Positions 18,435 through 29,133 of a stretch of DNA of 64,000 nucleotides are shown piece by piece. The notes under the pieces are model-generated. The model had not been told where the DNA came from. It did no database searches and worked only from the letters and a program-made list of their open reading frames with translations. This DNA is from Waterburya sp. (GTDB lineage: Bacteria > Cyanobacteriota > Cyanobacteriia > Cyanobacteriales > Xenococcaceae), in the NCBI GenBank assembly GCA_965217895.1, contig CBDCJV010000002.1:64001-128000 (forward strand). The letters are read 5' to 3'. The translations under genes were made by a program, and so were the position numbers. Each line of letters opens with the position of its first letter. Within the stretch, counting starts at the first letter, position 1.

Positions 18435-20063
18435 ATGAATAACAAAGATATTGTAAAAACAACGAGTACCAATCAAGTAAGTAAATATTCCTCTAGTTTA
18501 ATTATTAGAGGATTGAGTTTAGCAGTCTCAGTTGAAAAAAATGATAACAAATATCACTTCAAAAGCTTGCTAGAGAAAGGAATCAATTTATACGAACTTC
18601 AAGAATATCAAAAAGCATTAGATACACTGGATAAAATTACAAATCTCGATCCCAATTTTAATAATGCAGACTATTGGGAAACCAAAGCAAAAAGCTTATC
18701 TAAACTCAAAAGATATAAAGAAGCAGTAGAATCTTTTTATAAAATATTGGAAATAGAGGAAGATATAGATTATTTGTATGAACTTTTATTAGAAGAAGTA
18801 GATGAACTATGTTGTCAAGAGCAACATAGAGAAGCACTAATTTTTCACGAGGCAGTAGTTGAAGTTAAGCCTTATGATTCTTGGGGATATTACTCTAAAG
18901 GGATGACTCAGTTTATTTTAGGTCTTTACGAAGAAGCAGTTGAGTCTTTCAATAAATCCATTGCAATAGAAGTTGACGATCCTGATATATGGCAATGGAA
19001 AGCAGACGCTTTGCATCAACTTGGTAGATATGAAGAGGAACTGTTTACATATAATCTATTGATACAGTTAGATCCAAATAAATCTTGTTCATGGGTGGGT
19101 AAAGCCAAGACTTTATACAACTTAAATAAATATTCAGATGCTTTAGAGGCTTATAATAAGGCAATAGAACTTGGTTCAAACTATGCTTGGGTATGGCTAG
19201 AAAGAGGAGATACATTAGATGAATTACAAAGACATGAAGAAGCTAGTTCGTCTTACAGTCAAGCATCTAGTTTAGAACTCTTGTCTACAGTTGATTGGCT
19301 TTTCAATAAAGCTAAAGAATTGAGCGATTTGAATAATTTTCAAAAAGCAGTTAGGTTATTTGATAAAGTTACTGAAATTAAATCTGAATATTTTGAAGCT
19401 TGGTACAATAAAGGATATTGCTTATTTAATTTACAGCAATACGAACAAGCTATTATTGCTTTTGATAAGGCTATTACTATTCAATCGCAATATTATCAAG
19501 AACAAGCATGGTATTTGAAAGGTGTTGCATTATACAATCTTCAGAAATATCAAAATGCCATTAAATGTTTTCGCCAGGCTATAGAAATTGAGCCTAACTA
19601 TTTTATGGCTTTTTATTTCTGTGGTGCTGCATTAAATGAACTACATCATTATAACGAAGCAATAATTAACTTTGATCGAGCAATCTCAATTGAACCTAAA
19701 CTAGCTATAGCTTGGAATGATAGAAGTCTAGCGTTATTAAATATGCAAAGATACGAAGAGGCAATATCTAGTTGTGATATGGCAATTGAAATAGATCCAA
19801 ACCTTTATATTAGTTGGTCAAATAAAGGTACTACCTTTTTATCTTTAAAAAATTATTTTGAAGCGGTTGAATCATATGATCGCGCCATTGAAATAAAACC
19901 TGATTATTATGAAGCTTGGCATAACAAAGGTATTGCAATGCAAAACTCACAGAGATACTACGAGGCTATTTTTTGTTATCAGAAAGTTCTAGAAATTAAT
20001 CCTGATTATCAACTAGCCAAATTTAATTTAATGTTACTTAAATCAGAAGTAACTAACTATTAA
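18435..20063 (+). CDS. Tetratricopeptide repeat protein
   Basis: More than ten TPR units (AWYNKG..L..L..YEEAI..FDKAI); starts 7 nt after the J-domain gene. Confidence 0.9.
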   Translation: MNNKDIVKTTSTNQVSKYSSSLIIRGLSLAVSVEKNDNKYHFKSLLEKGINLYELQEYQKALDTLDKITNLDPNFNNADYWETKAKSLSKLKRYKEAVESFYKILEIEEDIDYLYELLLEEVDELCCQEQHREALIFHEAVVEVKPYDSWGYYSKGMTQFILGLYEEAVESFNKSIAIEVDDPDIWQWKADALHQLGRYEEELFTYNLLIQLDPNKSCSWVGKAKTLYNLNKYSDALEAYNKAIELGSNYAWVWLERGDTLDELQRHEEASSSYSQASSLELLSTVDWLFNKAKELSDLNNFQKAVRLFDKVTEIKSEYFEAWYNKGYCLFNLQQYEQAIIAFDKAITIQSQYYQEQAWYLKGVALYNLQKYQNAIKCFRQAIEIEPNYFMAFYFCGAALNELHHYNEAIINFDRAISIEPKLAIAWNDRSLALLNMQRYEEAISSCDMAIEIDPNLYISWSNKGTTFLSLKNYFEAVESYDRAIEIKPDYYEAWHNKGIAMQNSQRYYEAIFCYQKVLEINPDYQLAKFNLMLLKSEVTNY

Positions 20064-20445
20064 ATAAATACTTTTCAGCTTTTAATTTAAGCTTATCCCC
20101 TTCCAAAATTAACTTATCAATCGCTTCTTTCAATTCCATATATGGCTGACGGAGAGCTTTTTTATCTCTTTCAATTGCTTGTCTAGTTTCAGCCCTCATT
20201 CTTCCAGCCCATTTATGTTTGCCAAAAACATCTAAACCAACAGATACCAGACTATCGGCACCAGATTGAGTTGCTTGTTGGTTAATATTACGGATCGCCA
20301 CATTAATTTCTTTTTTAATTACTCTTAGTTGCTTTTGAGCTAATCCGATTTGCTTGACTTGAAGTTTTACTGATTGAGGATTATCTAAAACCAATCTGAT
20401 TTGAGAGGATATTTGTTGAATTTCTTCTAGCTTAATCATTAACAC
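20053..20445 (-). CDS. Hypothetical helical protein
   Basis: 130-aa ORF with coiled-coil character; no recognised family. Confidence 0.65.
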   Translation of the reverse strand: MLMIKLEEIQQISSQIRLVLDNPQSVKLQVKQIGLAQKQLRVIKKEINVAIRNINQQATQSGADSLVSVGLDVFGKHKWAGRMRAETRQAIERDKKALRQPYMELKEAIDKLILEGDKLKLKAEKYLFNS

Positions 20446-20596
20446 TACAAAAATTTACTACATCCCAAATCCTGACATAGCTAAATAAAATTATAAATGT
20501 TTGATATCACAGTTGAAAAATTGAAGACAAAAAGCGATCGCAACTTGTACTACCTTATTTCTAATTATTGCTTGACTCTTATTAGAGGAAAATTTA

Positions 20597-21181
20597 TCAA
20601 TCTGTTGTTTGCTGAGAAAAATCAACTTCTTGATAAACTTCTTCAATCTTTCCCGAAAAATCTACGCTAGTTAATTCAAAGTTTATCTTATCTAGCTCAT
20701 AAAACTGCAATAACCATAAACCGTCATCTGTACGACGAAAGCATTCAATCCTGGCTTTTTTGGTATTAATTAAAACGTATTCTTGTAGACTGGGTAAAGA
20801 TTGATAGTCAGCAAATTTGTCACCGCGATCAAAAGCTTCTGTAGAATCTGACAATACTTCAACAATTAGACAAGGAAACTCTTTATAAGTAGTATTTTCT
20901 TTATCTTTTGATTCACAAGTCACCATTACGTCAGGGTAGAAAAAACGGTTTTTTGTCTCGATCCTTACTTTTATATCCGATATATATACCCGACATCCCT
21001 GTCCTCTAAGGTGATTGCGTAATAATATAGCCATATTCAGGGCAATGGTCACATGAGTGTCAGTTGCACCAGCCATAGCAAATATTTCACCGTCGAAATA
21101 CTCGTGCTTGATATCGCTAGCTGTTTCTAGTCGCAGATATTCTTCGGTTGTTAAATAAGAATTTTGGGGAGAAGCTATCAT
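20597..21181 (-). CDS. Uma2 family putative endonuclease
   Basis: EYFDGEIFAMAG, YPDVMV, EVLSDST and DRGDKF motifs. Confidence 0.9.
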   Translation of the reverse strand: MIASPQNSYLTTEEYLRLETASDIKHEYFDGEIFAMAGATDTHVTIALNMAILLRNHLRGQGCRVYISDIKVRIETKNRFFYPDVMVTCESKDKENTTYKEFPCLIVEVLSDSTEAFDRGDKFADYQSLPSLQEYVLINTKKARIECFRRTDDGLWLLQFYELDKINFELTSVDFSGKIEEVYQEVDFSQQTTD

Positions 21182-21406
21182 GAGATTTTCTGGTGTTTAT
21201 TTGCCATGTTTTAATTCTAGAATATTGACTGATATAAAAGCGATCGCAATTCCTATGATAAATGTATTTATTCAGACCTCTTCTCGTCTGTCAGATTGAT
21301 CGCTAATTTTTTGGTAATCAAACATTAAACTTCTTGCTTTAATCAGTATTTTCTAAAAATCGCCTTTACTAAATAGCTTATATTTAAGAAGTATCCAGCT
21401 AAGATC

Positions 21407-22003
21407 TTGCGATATGAATATATGAATAGTTACATCCTGAACCTAAAGCCGTTAGCTAATCCCATTACAGTTGAACATTTTGAACAACTATGTCAACTAA
21501 ATCCAGATCTGAGATTAGAAACTAACCCTCAAGGAGAATTAATTATTATGCCTCCCACTGGCTACGAAACAGGAAAAAATAATGCAGATTTAATTACTGA
21601 TTTTGTAATTTGGAATCGCCAATATAAACTAGGTGTAGTTTGTGATTCTTCTACAGGTTTTATTCTTCCAAATGGCGCAATACGTTCTCCTGATGTTAGC
21701 TGGATAGCCAAAGAGAGACTAGACCGCTTTACTAAAGCAGAAACAGCTAAATTTCTGCCTCTTGCACCAGATTTTGTGCTGGAGTTAATGTCTCCAAGTG
21801 ATAGCTTAGAAGCCATTCAAGCTAAAATGCAGGAGTATCGGGACAATGGGGTTAAATTGGGGTGGTTAATTAATCCGACACAGCAACAAGTAGAAATTTA
21901 TCGTTCAAGTAAGGCTACTGAAATATTAAATAAGCCTGCTAGTTTGTTAGATGAAGAAATACTACCTAAATTAATTGTTGAACTAAATTTTATTGGGAAT
22001 TAA
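21407..22003 (+). CDS. Uma2 family putative endonuclease (start likely ATG 21422)
   Basis: GELIIMPP, DSSTGF, SPDVSW, PDFVLELMSPSD and LGWLINP motifs. Confidence 0.9.
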   Translation: MRYEYMNSYILNLKPLANPITVEHFEQLCQLNPDLRLETNPQGELIIMPPTGYETGKNNADLITDFVIWNRQYKLGVVCDSSTGFILPNGAIRSPDVSWIAKERLDRFTKAETAKFLPLAPDFVLELMSPSDSLEAIQAKMQEYRDNGVKLGWLINPTQQQVEIYRSSKATEILNKPASLLDEEILPKLIVELNFIGN

Positions 22004-22166
22004 AAACTATTTTATATTCTTAAGCTTATTGAAAATATTAGCAACAAATTAATCTTTAATTTAAACGTTTATTTAAGTATGTAGGCGTAAATAACTGCAA
22101 AACCCAAAAAACCAAAATTCAACTATATTACTTATTAATTATTGCTTGCTTAAAACAGCTTGAACT

Positions 22167-24548
22167 ATGGATCTAGAAGCAGTAATAGCCCTAGTAGATA
22201 AAGAAGTTTATCGTCGTACCCAAAAGCATCTAAATGATCTACAGCAGGCTATTGTTACTCAAGTTTGGCAACGCCAGAAATATCTGGAAATTGCGGACGA
22301 ATATGGCTGTACAGAGGGACACGTAAAGGATACGGGGTCGTTACTCTGGAAATTGTTATCAGTAGCCTGGGATAAAAAGGTAACTAAAAATAATTTTCGC
22401 AGCTTAACTAAAAGCCAACTTCAGTCTTTAAATGATGCAGACGAGAAGATTATAGAAAACTTGGCTGTGGCTATTGACCAGACTAATGGCGATCCTAGCT
22501 TTATTGGTAGACAAAAAGCGATCGCAACTCTGCAAAATTTAGTCAAGCAAAATCACAAAATTATTGTACTACAAGGGGAAGGAGGAATAGGCAAAACTAC
22601 CTTGGCGCAACAGTTTTTAGCCAATCAAGGTTTTGAATTAAGCTTAGAAGTCTTGATGGCAAAGGAGACAGCCAATATTATTTCGGTAGATAGCGTGGTG
22701 GAAGAATGGTTACAGCGAGATTTGCATCAAGAATCAGGCAAAGAATTTGGCGTTACCCTAGCTAGATTTAAAAGATATTTAGAACAGCATTCGGTAGGAA
22801 TTTTAATTGATAATCTAGAACCTGCTTTAGATAGGCACGGCAAACTTATTGACGCTCATCGCGACTATATTGAGCTACTGAGAATTTTAGCCGACAGCAA
22901 AGTACGTTCAGTGACTATTATAACCAGTCGCGATCGCCTGTGCGAAGCAGAAATTAACCTAGAACACTATCGTTTATCAGGATTAGATTTAGCCACTTGG
23001 CAAGAGTATTTTACGGCACATCACCTTGAAACGGACAATCTAGCAATTGCTCAGATTCATCAAACCTATGGTGGTAATGCCAAGGTAATGGGCATCCTGT
23101 GTGGCATTGTGCGAGAAGATTATGATGGATATCTAGAACAATACTGGCAGGAAAATAGCCACGATCCTTTGGTTGAGACAGATTTAAAAAATTTAGTTGT
23201 CAGCCAATTCAATCGTCTGCAAAATTTAGATGCTCAGGCTTATTTGTTGCTTTGCCGTTTGGGTTGTTATCGCTATCAAGATTTAGCTAAAATCACTTTA
23301 CCAAGATTACTTTGTGTCTTGTGGGATGTAGATACTAAGCAGCAAAGAGTCATAAAATCTCTGCGCAATCGTTCTCTATTAGAATTTGCTCAGGGTGAAT
23401 ACTGGCTACATCCAATGGTGCAGGCTGAAGCAAAATCGAGGTTGCAGTTATCTCAGCCAGAATGGCAACAAACCCATCGTCAAATTGCGATTTTTCTGAC
23501 GGAGAGTATTAAGCGAATCAATAATATTCAAGATGGCTTAACTGCTTTAGAAGCCTACTATCACTACACGGCCATTGAAGATTATGCCAGTGCCGCTAAA
23601 GTTATTCTTTATAGTCGAGAAAACCAATGGGGACAATTTCTAACTTTAGGCACAACTCTTAATCGCCTGGGCATTATTCAACCTCTCTTAAATGCTATCA
23701 ACCAGATTATAGATAGGGTGAAAAACGATCGCCATCGTAGCGAACTTAATAATATTTTAGGAGATTTATACTGGACTACGGGAAAAGTGCATCAGGCAAT
23801 TTCTTATCAGCAAGAGACTATCGCCACTAGTCAAAACTGTCTGCAATCAATTCCTGTGACTTTAGCCAATAAACACGACCTATATTACTGGCGGATGCTG
23901 GAGGTCGATTCTCTCCTAAGCCTAGGACTATATCATATCGACCTTTGGGAACTAACTACCGCAGCAGGTTTATTTCAACAGGCGATCGCTCTAGCTAACA
24001 ATACCCAGCATCATTCTTGGTCAGAAAAGGCAGCTTTAGGATTAGCTTTGGTCAATTCTTATTTAAAAACTACCGATGAACCCAATCATCTTGTGCGTAA
24101 GCTTTATCGATTAATTGTAGATTTAGAAGATCGAACTTACAATACAGGACGCTTTGCTTATTTTATGCAAATTCTTGGGCAAATACTTTTTAATCATCAA
24201 GAACTAAACCCAGCTAAGATAATCTGGCAAAAAGCGATCGCCTTTTCTCAATCAAGCCACTATACTCAAATTAAAGCCAAATCCCTAAGCGGTTTAGGCT
24301 GTATCGAACGCCAAGCGGGTAACTTCAGCCTCGCTTATAACTACCATCAACAGTCCGTGGAATTACTCGATAAAATTACCGCCAAATGCGACCTCGCAGC
24401 AGCCTATGTTCAATGGGGTATTACCTTAAAAAAGGATAACCAATTCAATCAAAGTCAGAAATGTTTTGAAAAGGCGATCGCCCTTTATCAGCAAATTCAA
24501 GCTTCCAAACAGCTTAAAAGAGTAAATTTAGTTATAAAACACGCCTAA
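22167..24548 (+). CDS. STAND-type (NB-ARC-like) NTPase with N-terminal HTH and C-terminal TPRs
   Basis: N-terminal LNDLQQAI..Y.EIA..YG...GHVKD..S.LWKLLS HTH, FIGRQ, Walker A GEGGIGKT, Walker B ILIDNLE, ITSR, TPR-like C-terminus. Confidence 0.85.
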   Translation: MDLEAVIALVDKEVYRRTQKHLNDLQQAIVTQVWQRQKYLEIADEYGCTEGHVKDTGSLLWKLLSVAWDKKVTKNNFRSLTKSQLQSLNDADEKIIENLAVAIDQTNGDPSFIGRQKAIATLQNLVKQNHKIIVLQGEGGIGKTTLAQQFLANQGFELSLEVLMAKETANIISVDSVVEEWLQRDLHQESGKEFGVTLARFKRYLEQHSVGILIDNLEPALDRHGKLIDAHRDYIELLRILADSKVRSVTIITSRDRLCEAEINLEHYRLSGLDLATWQEYFTAHHLETDNLAIAQIHQTYGGNAKVMGILCGIVREDYDGYLEQYWQENSHDPLVETDLKNLVVSQFNRLQNLDAQAYLLLCRLGCYRYQDLAKITLPRLLCVLWDVDTKQQRVIKSLRNRSLLEFAQGEYWLHPMVQAEAKSRLQLSQPEWQQTHRQIAIFLTESIKRINNIQDGLTALEAYYHYTAIEDYASAAKVILYSRENQWGQFLTLGTTLNRLGIIQPLLNAINQIIDRVKNDRHRSELNNILGDLYWTTGKVHQAISYQQETIATSQNCLQSIPVTLANKHDLYYWRMLEVDSLLSLGLYHIDLWELTTAAGLFQQAIALANNTQHHSWSEKAALGLALVNSYLKTTDEPNHLVRKLYRLIVDLEDRTYNTGRFAYFMQILGQILFNHQELNPAKIIWQKAIAFSQSSHYTQIKAKSLSGLGCIERQAGNFSLAYNYHQQSVELLDKITAKCDLAAAYVQWGITLKKDNQFNQSQKCFEKAIALYQQIQASKQLKRVNLVIKHA

Positions 24549-24993
24549 TGTGAATTGACTTTTTGACTATCAGCTTATAAAAAGTCCAATATTTCAAGAG
24601 AAATAAAGATCTTTTTGAGAACCCAACTTAAGTGAATTCAATTCTTCACCTAAATAATTAGAAATTAACTGTGATGAGTGAAATCATGATTAATGTTTAC
24701 GGAAGGGGTTTGGGGAGGGTCGTCACGTCCCCAACAGGCGAGCGACCCCCTAAAGGGTTCAGCAGTTTGCTTATGCCAGGAAACCTGTCCACCGCAACTG
24801 CTTCACCGCGTCGCCGTCAGGCGCAAGGGAACGCGCGAGATTGGGGTCTGGGGCAAAGTTCCCCCAGTATTATATTTTGGTTTTTACAGACGAATTTTGA
24901 ATAAAAATAGAAAAATCAGCTTTTTTTTCTTGGTCAGCATTCCCTTGCGCCTTGCGTCGACGCGGGGTCTGACCGCTAATTCACATTAGACGT
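24541..24993. mobile_element. MITE-like element (453 bp) with 16-bp terminal inverted repeats and nested GC-rich modules
   Basis: ACGCCTAATGTGAATT (24541-24556) versus AATTCACATTAGACGT (24978-24993), 15/16 inverted; no transposase inside. Confidence 0.7.
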
Positions 24994-24997
24994 AAAA

Positions 24998-25273
24998 CTA
25001 TAAAAAACTGTTAATAGCACGATTATTTTTCTTCAAAAACTTACCCATAGACTTACGATTATTTTTGAAAGATTTATGAGCTTTCTTACTGATGGTATTA
25101 CGCTCAGTATCTGTAGCTCTCAAGATCTGACTATAACAGCCAAATGCAGTCCCACACAACGACAATGAAATAAATAGAATCACGGTCTTACGTAGCATAA
25201 TAAAAATTCTGATTTGAGTTCTTATTTTGTCTACTGTGATTGTAAAACTTTCTTGACTAAAATGATCTTTCAA
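24998..25273 (-). CDS. Small hypothetical protein with signal-peptide-like segment
   Basis: MLRKTVILFISLSLCGTAFGC hydrophobic stretch and basic tail; start uncertain. Confidence 0.35.
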   Translation of the reverse strand: MKDHFSQESFTITVDKIRTQIRIFIMLRKTVILFISLSLCGTAFGCYSQILRATDTERNTISKKAHKSFKNNRKSMGKFLKKNNRAINSFL

Positions 25274-25362
25274 TTATTTCGCTAATATTCCCAATAATAG
25301 GTGACTTTAAGTTATCTTAGATGCACGATTAACAGACAAGCTGCACTTAGGAAATCGCCTTT

Positions 25363-28300
25363 ATGCTAGATGCGCCGAGCGCGTTTTTTCTTCAGGAAGA
25401 TAAGCGAGGGTGCAAAATCATAATCTGTAATCAGCAACGCCAGTTTTATCTACAGCCGATAGCCATGTCTGAACACCAAGAAACTGAATCTAAGTTTAAG
25501 CCCTCAGACTCTACAAAAGCAGACGAACCTAAGTTGAAAATTGACAATGAAGCTCAACGCCGAATTTCGGAGTTGGAACACGAACTACAGCAGACTCGCG
25601 AAAACCTCCAGGCATTAGTGGAAGAGTTAAAATTCATTAACGAAGAACAAGAAGTTTTTAATGAGATATTGACTATCTCTAATGAAGAACTGCACACCAT
25701 CAATCTAGAATATCAGTCCAAGATTTTAGAACTAACTGAACTAAATAACGATATTGATAACCTGCTCAAAAGTACGAATATTGGGGTAATTTTTTTAGAT
25801 AGAGAGCTGAAGATTCGCAAGTATACTCCTGCGGCTACCGAAGCGATAGCTCTACGTAATACAGATATAGAACGTCCTTTAAAAGATCTAGTTTACAAGA
25901 TTGAATGTCCCGATCTGACTGAGTTACTAGAAGAGGTAATTAAAACTAAACAATCTATAGAATTAGAGGTTAGGCTGAAACACAGCGATAGTTATCTCTT
26001 AATGCGAATTAACCTCTATCAAACAGAGGAACGCCAAGATGATGGCATTGTGATTAGCTTTGTACAAATTGACGATCTTAAGCAAGTTCAGCTACAGTTA
26101 AGCCAGACTTTAAAAGAGAAAAATCGTCAGTTAACAGCATTAGAAACCGCCAGCGATGGCATTGCAGTACTCAATGACGATAAATTTATTTATCTCAATC
26201 AGGCTCACGCAGAGATTTTTGGCTATGGCAAACCCGAAGAATTAATTGGCAAATCTTGGCGCATTCTCTACGAAGCTGAAGAAATAGCTCGATTTGAACA
26301 AGAAATATTTCCTTTGCTGAGGAAACAAGGCAAATGGCGCGGGGAAACCTTAGCTAAACATCACTACGGTCATATTTTCTGTGCAGAAGTAACTCTTACC
26401 TTTACTCTCCAAGGAGATTTGATTTGTATCTGTCGGGATATTAGCGAAATCAAACAAGCCCGACAACAGTTAATCCAAGCAAATGCTAATTTAGAACAGC
26501 GAGTAAATGAACGTACTCAAACTCTGGCAGATTTTAGCGACAAACTCCGCCAGATTCATCTAATAGCGACAAATCATTATGAACACTTAGAAGATATATT
26601 TGCCGAATATATATCTATAGGCTGCGATATATTTGAGCTTTCCACTGGCATTGTTAGTCAAGTTGAAGGTCAAATCTACAAACTTTTAGCAGTACAGTCC
26701 CCAATAGAAGAAGTGTACGTTGGATTTGAAACTCCTTGCCAATATACTTACTGCGCTGAAGTAATAGAAAAGCAGCAAACAGTTACTTATTTTAATGTGG
26801 ACGAGATACCCCAGATGCAAAATCATCCTTTGTATCTCAATTTTCAGTTAAAATCTTTTATCGGCACACCAGTCTTCGTGAACGGAACGTTATACGGAAC
26901 GTTAAATTTCGTTTCTGTCAATCCTCCTAGTAAAGATTTCGAGCCTTATAAACGAGAAATAATTGAGTTGATGGCTAGGGATATTGGACAGTCTATTGCC
27001 ACCATGCAAACCAAGAAAGCCCTTGAAAAAAGCGAAAATCGCTTTCGCAAGACATTTGAGCAAGCAACCGTTGGTATTAGTCACATTTCTTTAGAGGGAA
27101 GATTTCTCAGGGTTAATCAAAAACTATGCGATATTTTAGGCTATACCAGTCAAGAACTAATGAAACTCAGGTTTCAAGATATTACTTATCCAGAAGATTT
27201 AGCCTTAGATGAAAAATATGTTCGGCAAATTATAGCTGGGGTACTCGATAGCTGCACTTATGAAAAACGCTATATTCACGCTGATGGTTCAATTATTTGG
27301 GCTAATCTAACTTTTGGTCTTGCTATCTTAGCCCAAGGAGAGTCAGCCCATTTTATCTCTATAATTGAAGATATCGGCGATCGCAAGCAAACGGAACTGG
27401 CACTGGCACAAAGTCGCGAACAGCTAGAGCAAGCAAGCCAAGCTAAAGATGATTTTATCGCCCGCATCAGCCATGAATTACGCACTCCTTTAAATAGCAT
27501 TCTTGGCTTTAGCGGTGTTTTACAAGATGAACTTAGGCTCGATCCCCAAAAGCTCCATTCGGTAAATATTATTCATCAGTCAGGTCAACATTTACTGACC
27601 TTAATTAACAATATTCTGGATTTCTCTAAATTAAATGCCAAAAAACTAGCATTAGAACCGCAAGTATTTAATTTAATTCAATTTTTAGAGGAAATTGCCA
27701 GTATTTTTCAGCTTCGCGCCCAGCAAAAGGGTTTGAACTTTAAGACGCAAATTTCTCCTTCCTTACCTCAAGCCGTCTCTAGTGATGAAACCAAATTACG
27801 ACAGGTTTTATTTAACTTACTGAGTAATGCGGTAAAATTCACCGAAACAGGCAGCGTAATCCTAAAAGTCGGCTATGTAGAAGAATTTGAACCTGAACAT
27901 TCACTAGCCCCTAATAACTCTCGTCCACGCTTAAAAAAAATTCGCTTTCAGGTTGAAGATACAGGCAATGGCATTCCCACCGATGAATTAACCAAGATTT
28001 TTGCACCCTTCAGACAAATCACAAGTAGTGTGGAACATAAAGAAGGAACTGGTTTGGGATTAACTATTAGCCAAGATATTATTCAACTGATGGGCGGAAA
28101 AATTGAACTAACAAGTACCATCTCTAAAGGAACTACTTTTTGGTTTGATTTAGAACTTCCCCTAGCAGAAACAAGTTTGTTACCCGTTTTGTCTGGATCT
28201 ACTTTTCCAAGGGGAGGGCGATTGAGCTTTCCAGTCAAAATATTGGTAGTAGATGACAGTGACGATAATCGCTTCTTACTAGTAAGTTACCTAGAGCCTT

Positions 28301-28836
28301 TCGGCTTTACTTTAGCTGAAGCAAGTAACGGCAAAGAAGGTTTAGAGATTGCCAAAACTTTTCGACCAGATGCCATTTTAGCAGATTTGGCTATGCCTGT
28401 AATGGATGGCAAAGATATGATTGCTAAAGTAAAACAAGAGCCTGAACTAGAAAAGACGGTGATTATTACTATTTCGGCTAACGGTCAATCTATACTTGAA
28501 TCTTCTAACATTAACTGTCATGCTTTTTTAGCCAAACCTATCGATCTTGCACAATTATTAGAATTATTAGACCACCATTTAGAGCTAGATTGGCAAACAG
28601 AAGATTTAGCTCTAGAAGCAGATTTGCCTACATTAGTTACTCCTTCTCAACAGGAGTTGAACGAATTACTAAAATTAGCCGATATCGGCGATCTTGAGGC
28701 TTTAGAATCACAAATAAATTCTTTAGAATTATTAAACTCTCAGTACCAAGCTTTTGCTCAAGAGGTGCGACAATTTACTAATAAATTTCAACAGCAGAAG
28801 CTAGAAAGTTTCATCCGCAATTTTATCGATCGCTAA
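25363..28836 (+). CDS. Hybrid sensor histidine kinase: coiled coil/PAS_10-like, PAS, GAF, PAS, HisKA, HATPase, REC (start probably ATG 25465)
   Basis: SHELRTPLN H-box, NLLSNAVKFT, DTGNGI and GTGLGL; receiver VDD...ADLAMPVMDG...KP. Confidence 0.92.
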   Translation: MLDAPSAFFLQEDKRGCKIIICNQQRQFYLQPIAMSEHQETESKFKPSDSTKADEPKLKIDNEAQRRISELEHELQQTRENLQALVEELKFINEEQEVFNEILTISNEELHTINLEYQSKILELTELNNDIDNLLKSTNIGVIFLDRELKIRKYTPAATEAIALRNTDIERPLKDLVYKIECPDLTELLEEVIKTKQSIELEVRLKHSDSYLLMRINLYQTEERQDDGIVISFVQIDDLKQVQLQLSQTLKEKNRQLTALETASDGIAVLNDDKFIYLNQAHAEIFGYGKPEELIGKSWRILYEAEEIARFEQEIFPLLRKQGKWRGETLAKHHYGHIFCAEVTLTFTLQGDLICICRDISEIKQARQQLIQANANLEQRVNERTQTLADFSDKLRQIHLIATNHYEHLEDIFAEYISIGCDIFELSTGIVSQVEGQIYKLLAVQSPIEEVYVGFETPCQYTYCAEVIEKQQTVTYFNVDEIPQMQNHPLYLNFQLKSFIGTPVFVNGTLYGTLNFVSVNPPSKDFEPYKREIIELMARDIGQSIATMQTKKALEKSENRFRKTFEQATVGISHISLEGRFLRVNQKLCDILGYTSQELMKLRFQDITYPEDLALDEKYVRQIIAGVLDSCTYEKRYIHADGSIIWANLTFGLAILAQGESAHFISIIEDIGDRKQTELALAQSREQLEQASQAKDDFIARISHELRTPLNSILGFSGVLQDELRLDPQKLHSVNIIHQSGQHLLTLINNILDFSKLNAKKLALEPQVFNLIQFLEEIASIFQLRAQQKGLNFKTQISPSLPQAVSSDETKLRQVLFNLLSNAVKFTETGSVILKVGYVEEFEPEHSLAPNNSRPRLKKIRFQVEDTGNGIPTDELTKIFAPFRQITSSVEHKEGTGLGLTISQDIIQLMGGKIELTSTISKGTTFWFDLELPLAETSLLPVLSGSTFPRGGRLSFPVKILVVDDSDDNRFLLVSYLEPFGFTLAEASNGKEGLEIAKTFRPDAILADLAMPVMDGKDMIAKVKQEPELEKTVIITISANGQSILESSNINCHAFLAKPIDLAQLLELLDHHLELDWQTEDLALEADLPTLVTPSQQELNELLKLADIGDLEALESQINSLELLNSQYQAFAQEVRQFTNKFQQQKLESFIRNFIDR

Positions 28837-29133
28837 AGTTAGTTCAGATTTTAAAAGTTATTATCTATAACACAGTAATTAGTAATTGTTTAGTATTTAT
28901 GTTTTAAGTTCAGTATCATTACTGAGTCAAATAAGCATTATAAATATAATTATTGGTTTTATAACTTATGAATATAATACTATTATTAGATCGCGTTGAG
29001 TATTTAGACTTAGATTTAACTCTTTAATAAAACTTATAGAAACAACAACCTTAGTGTTTTGACCCATTACTATTAAGTACAAAATCAGCTACAAATAATA
29101 TATGTGATCCAAATTACATATTGATATTATTAG

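Noticed and set aside
24671..24989. 77-aa and 98-aa ORFs inside the TIR element
   Set aside because: No transposase motifs; they translate nested palindromic repeats.
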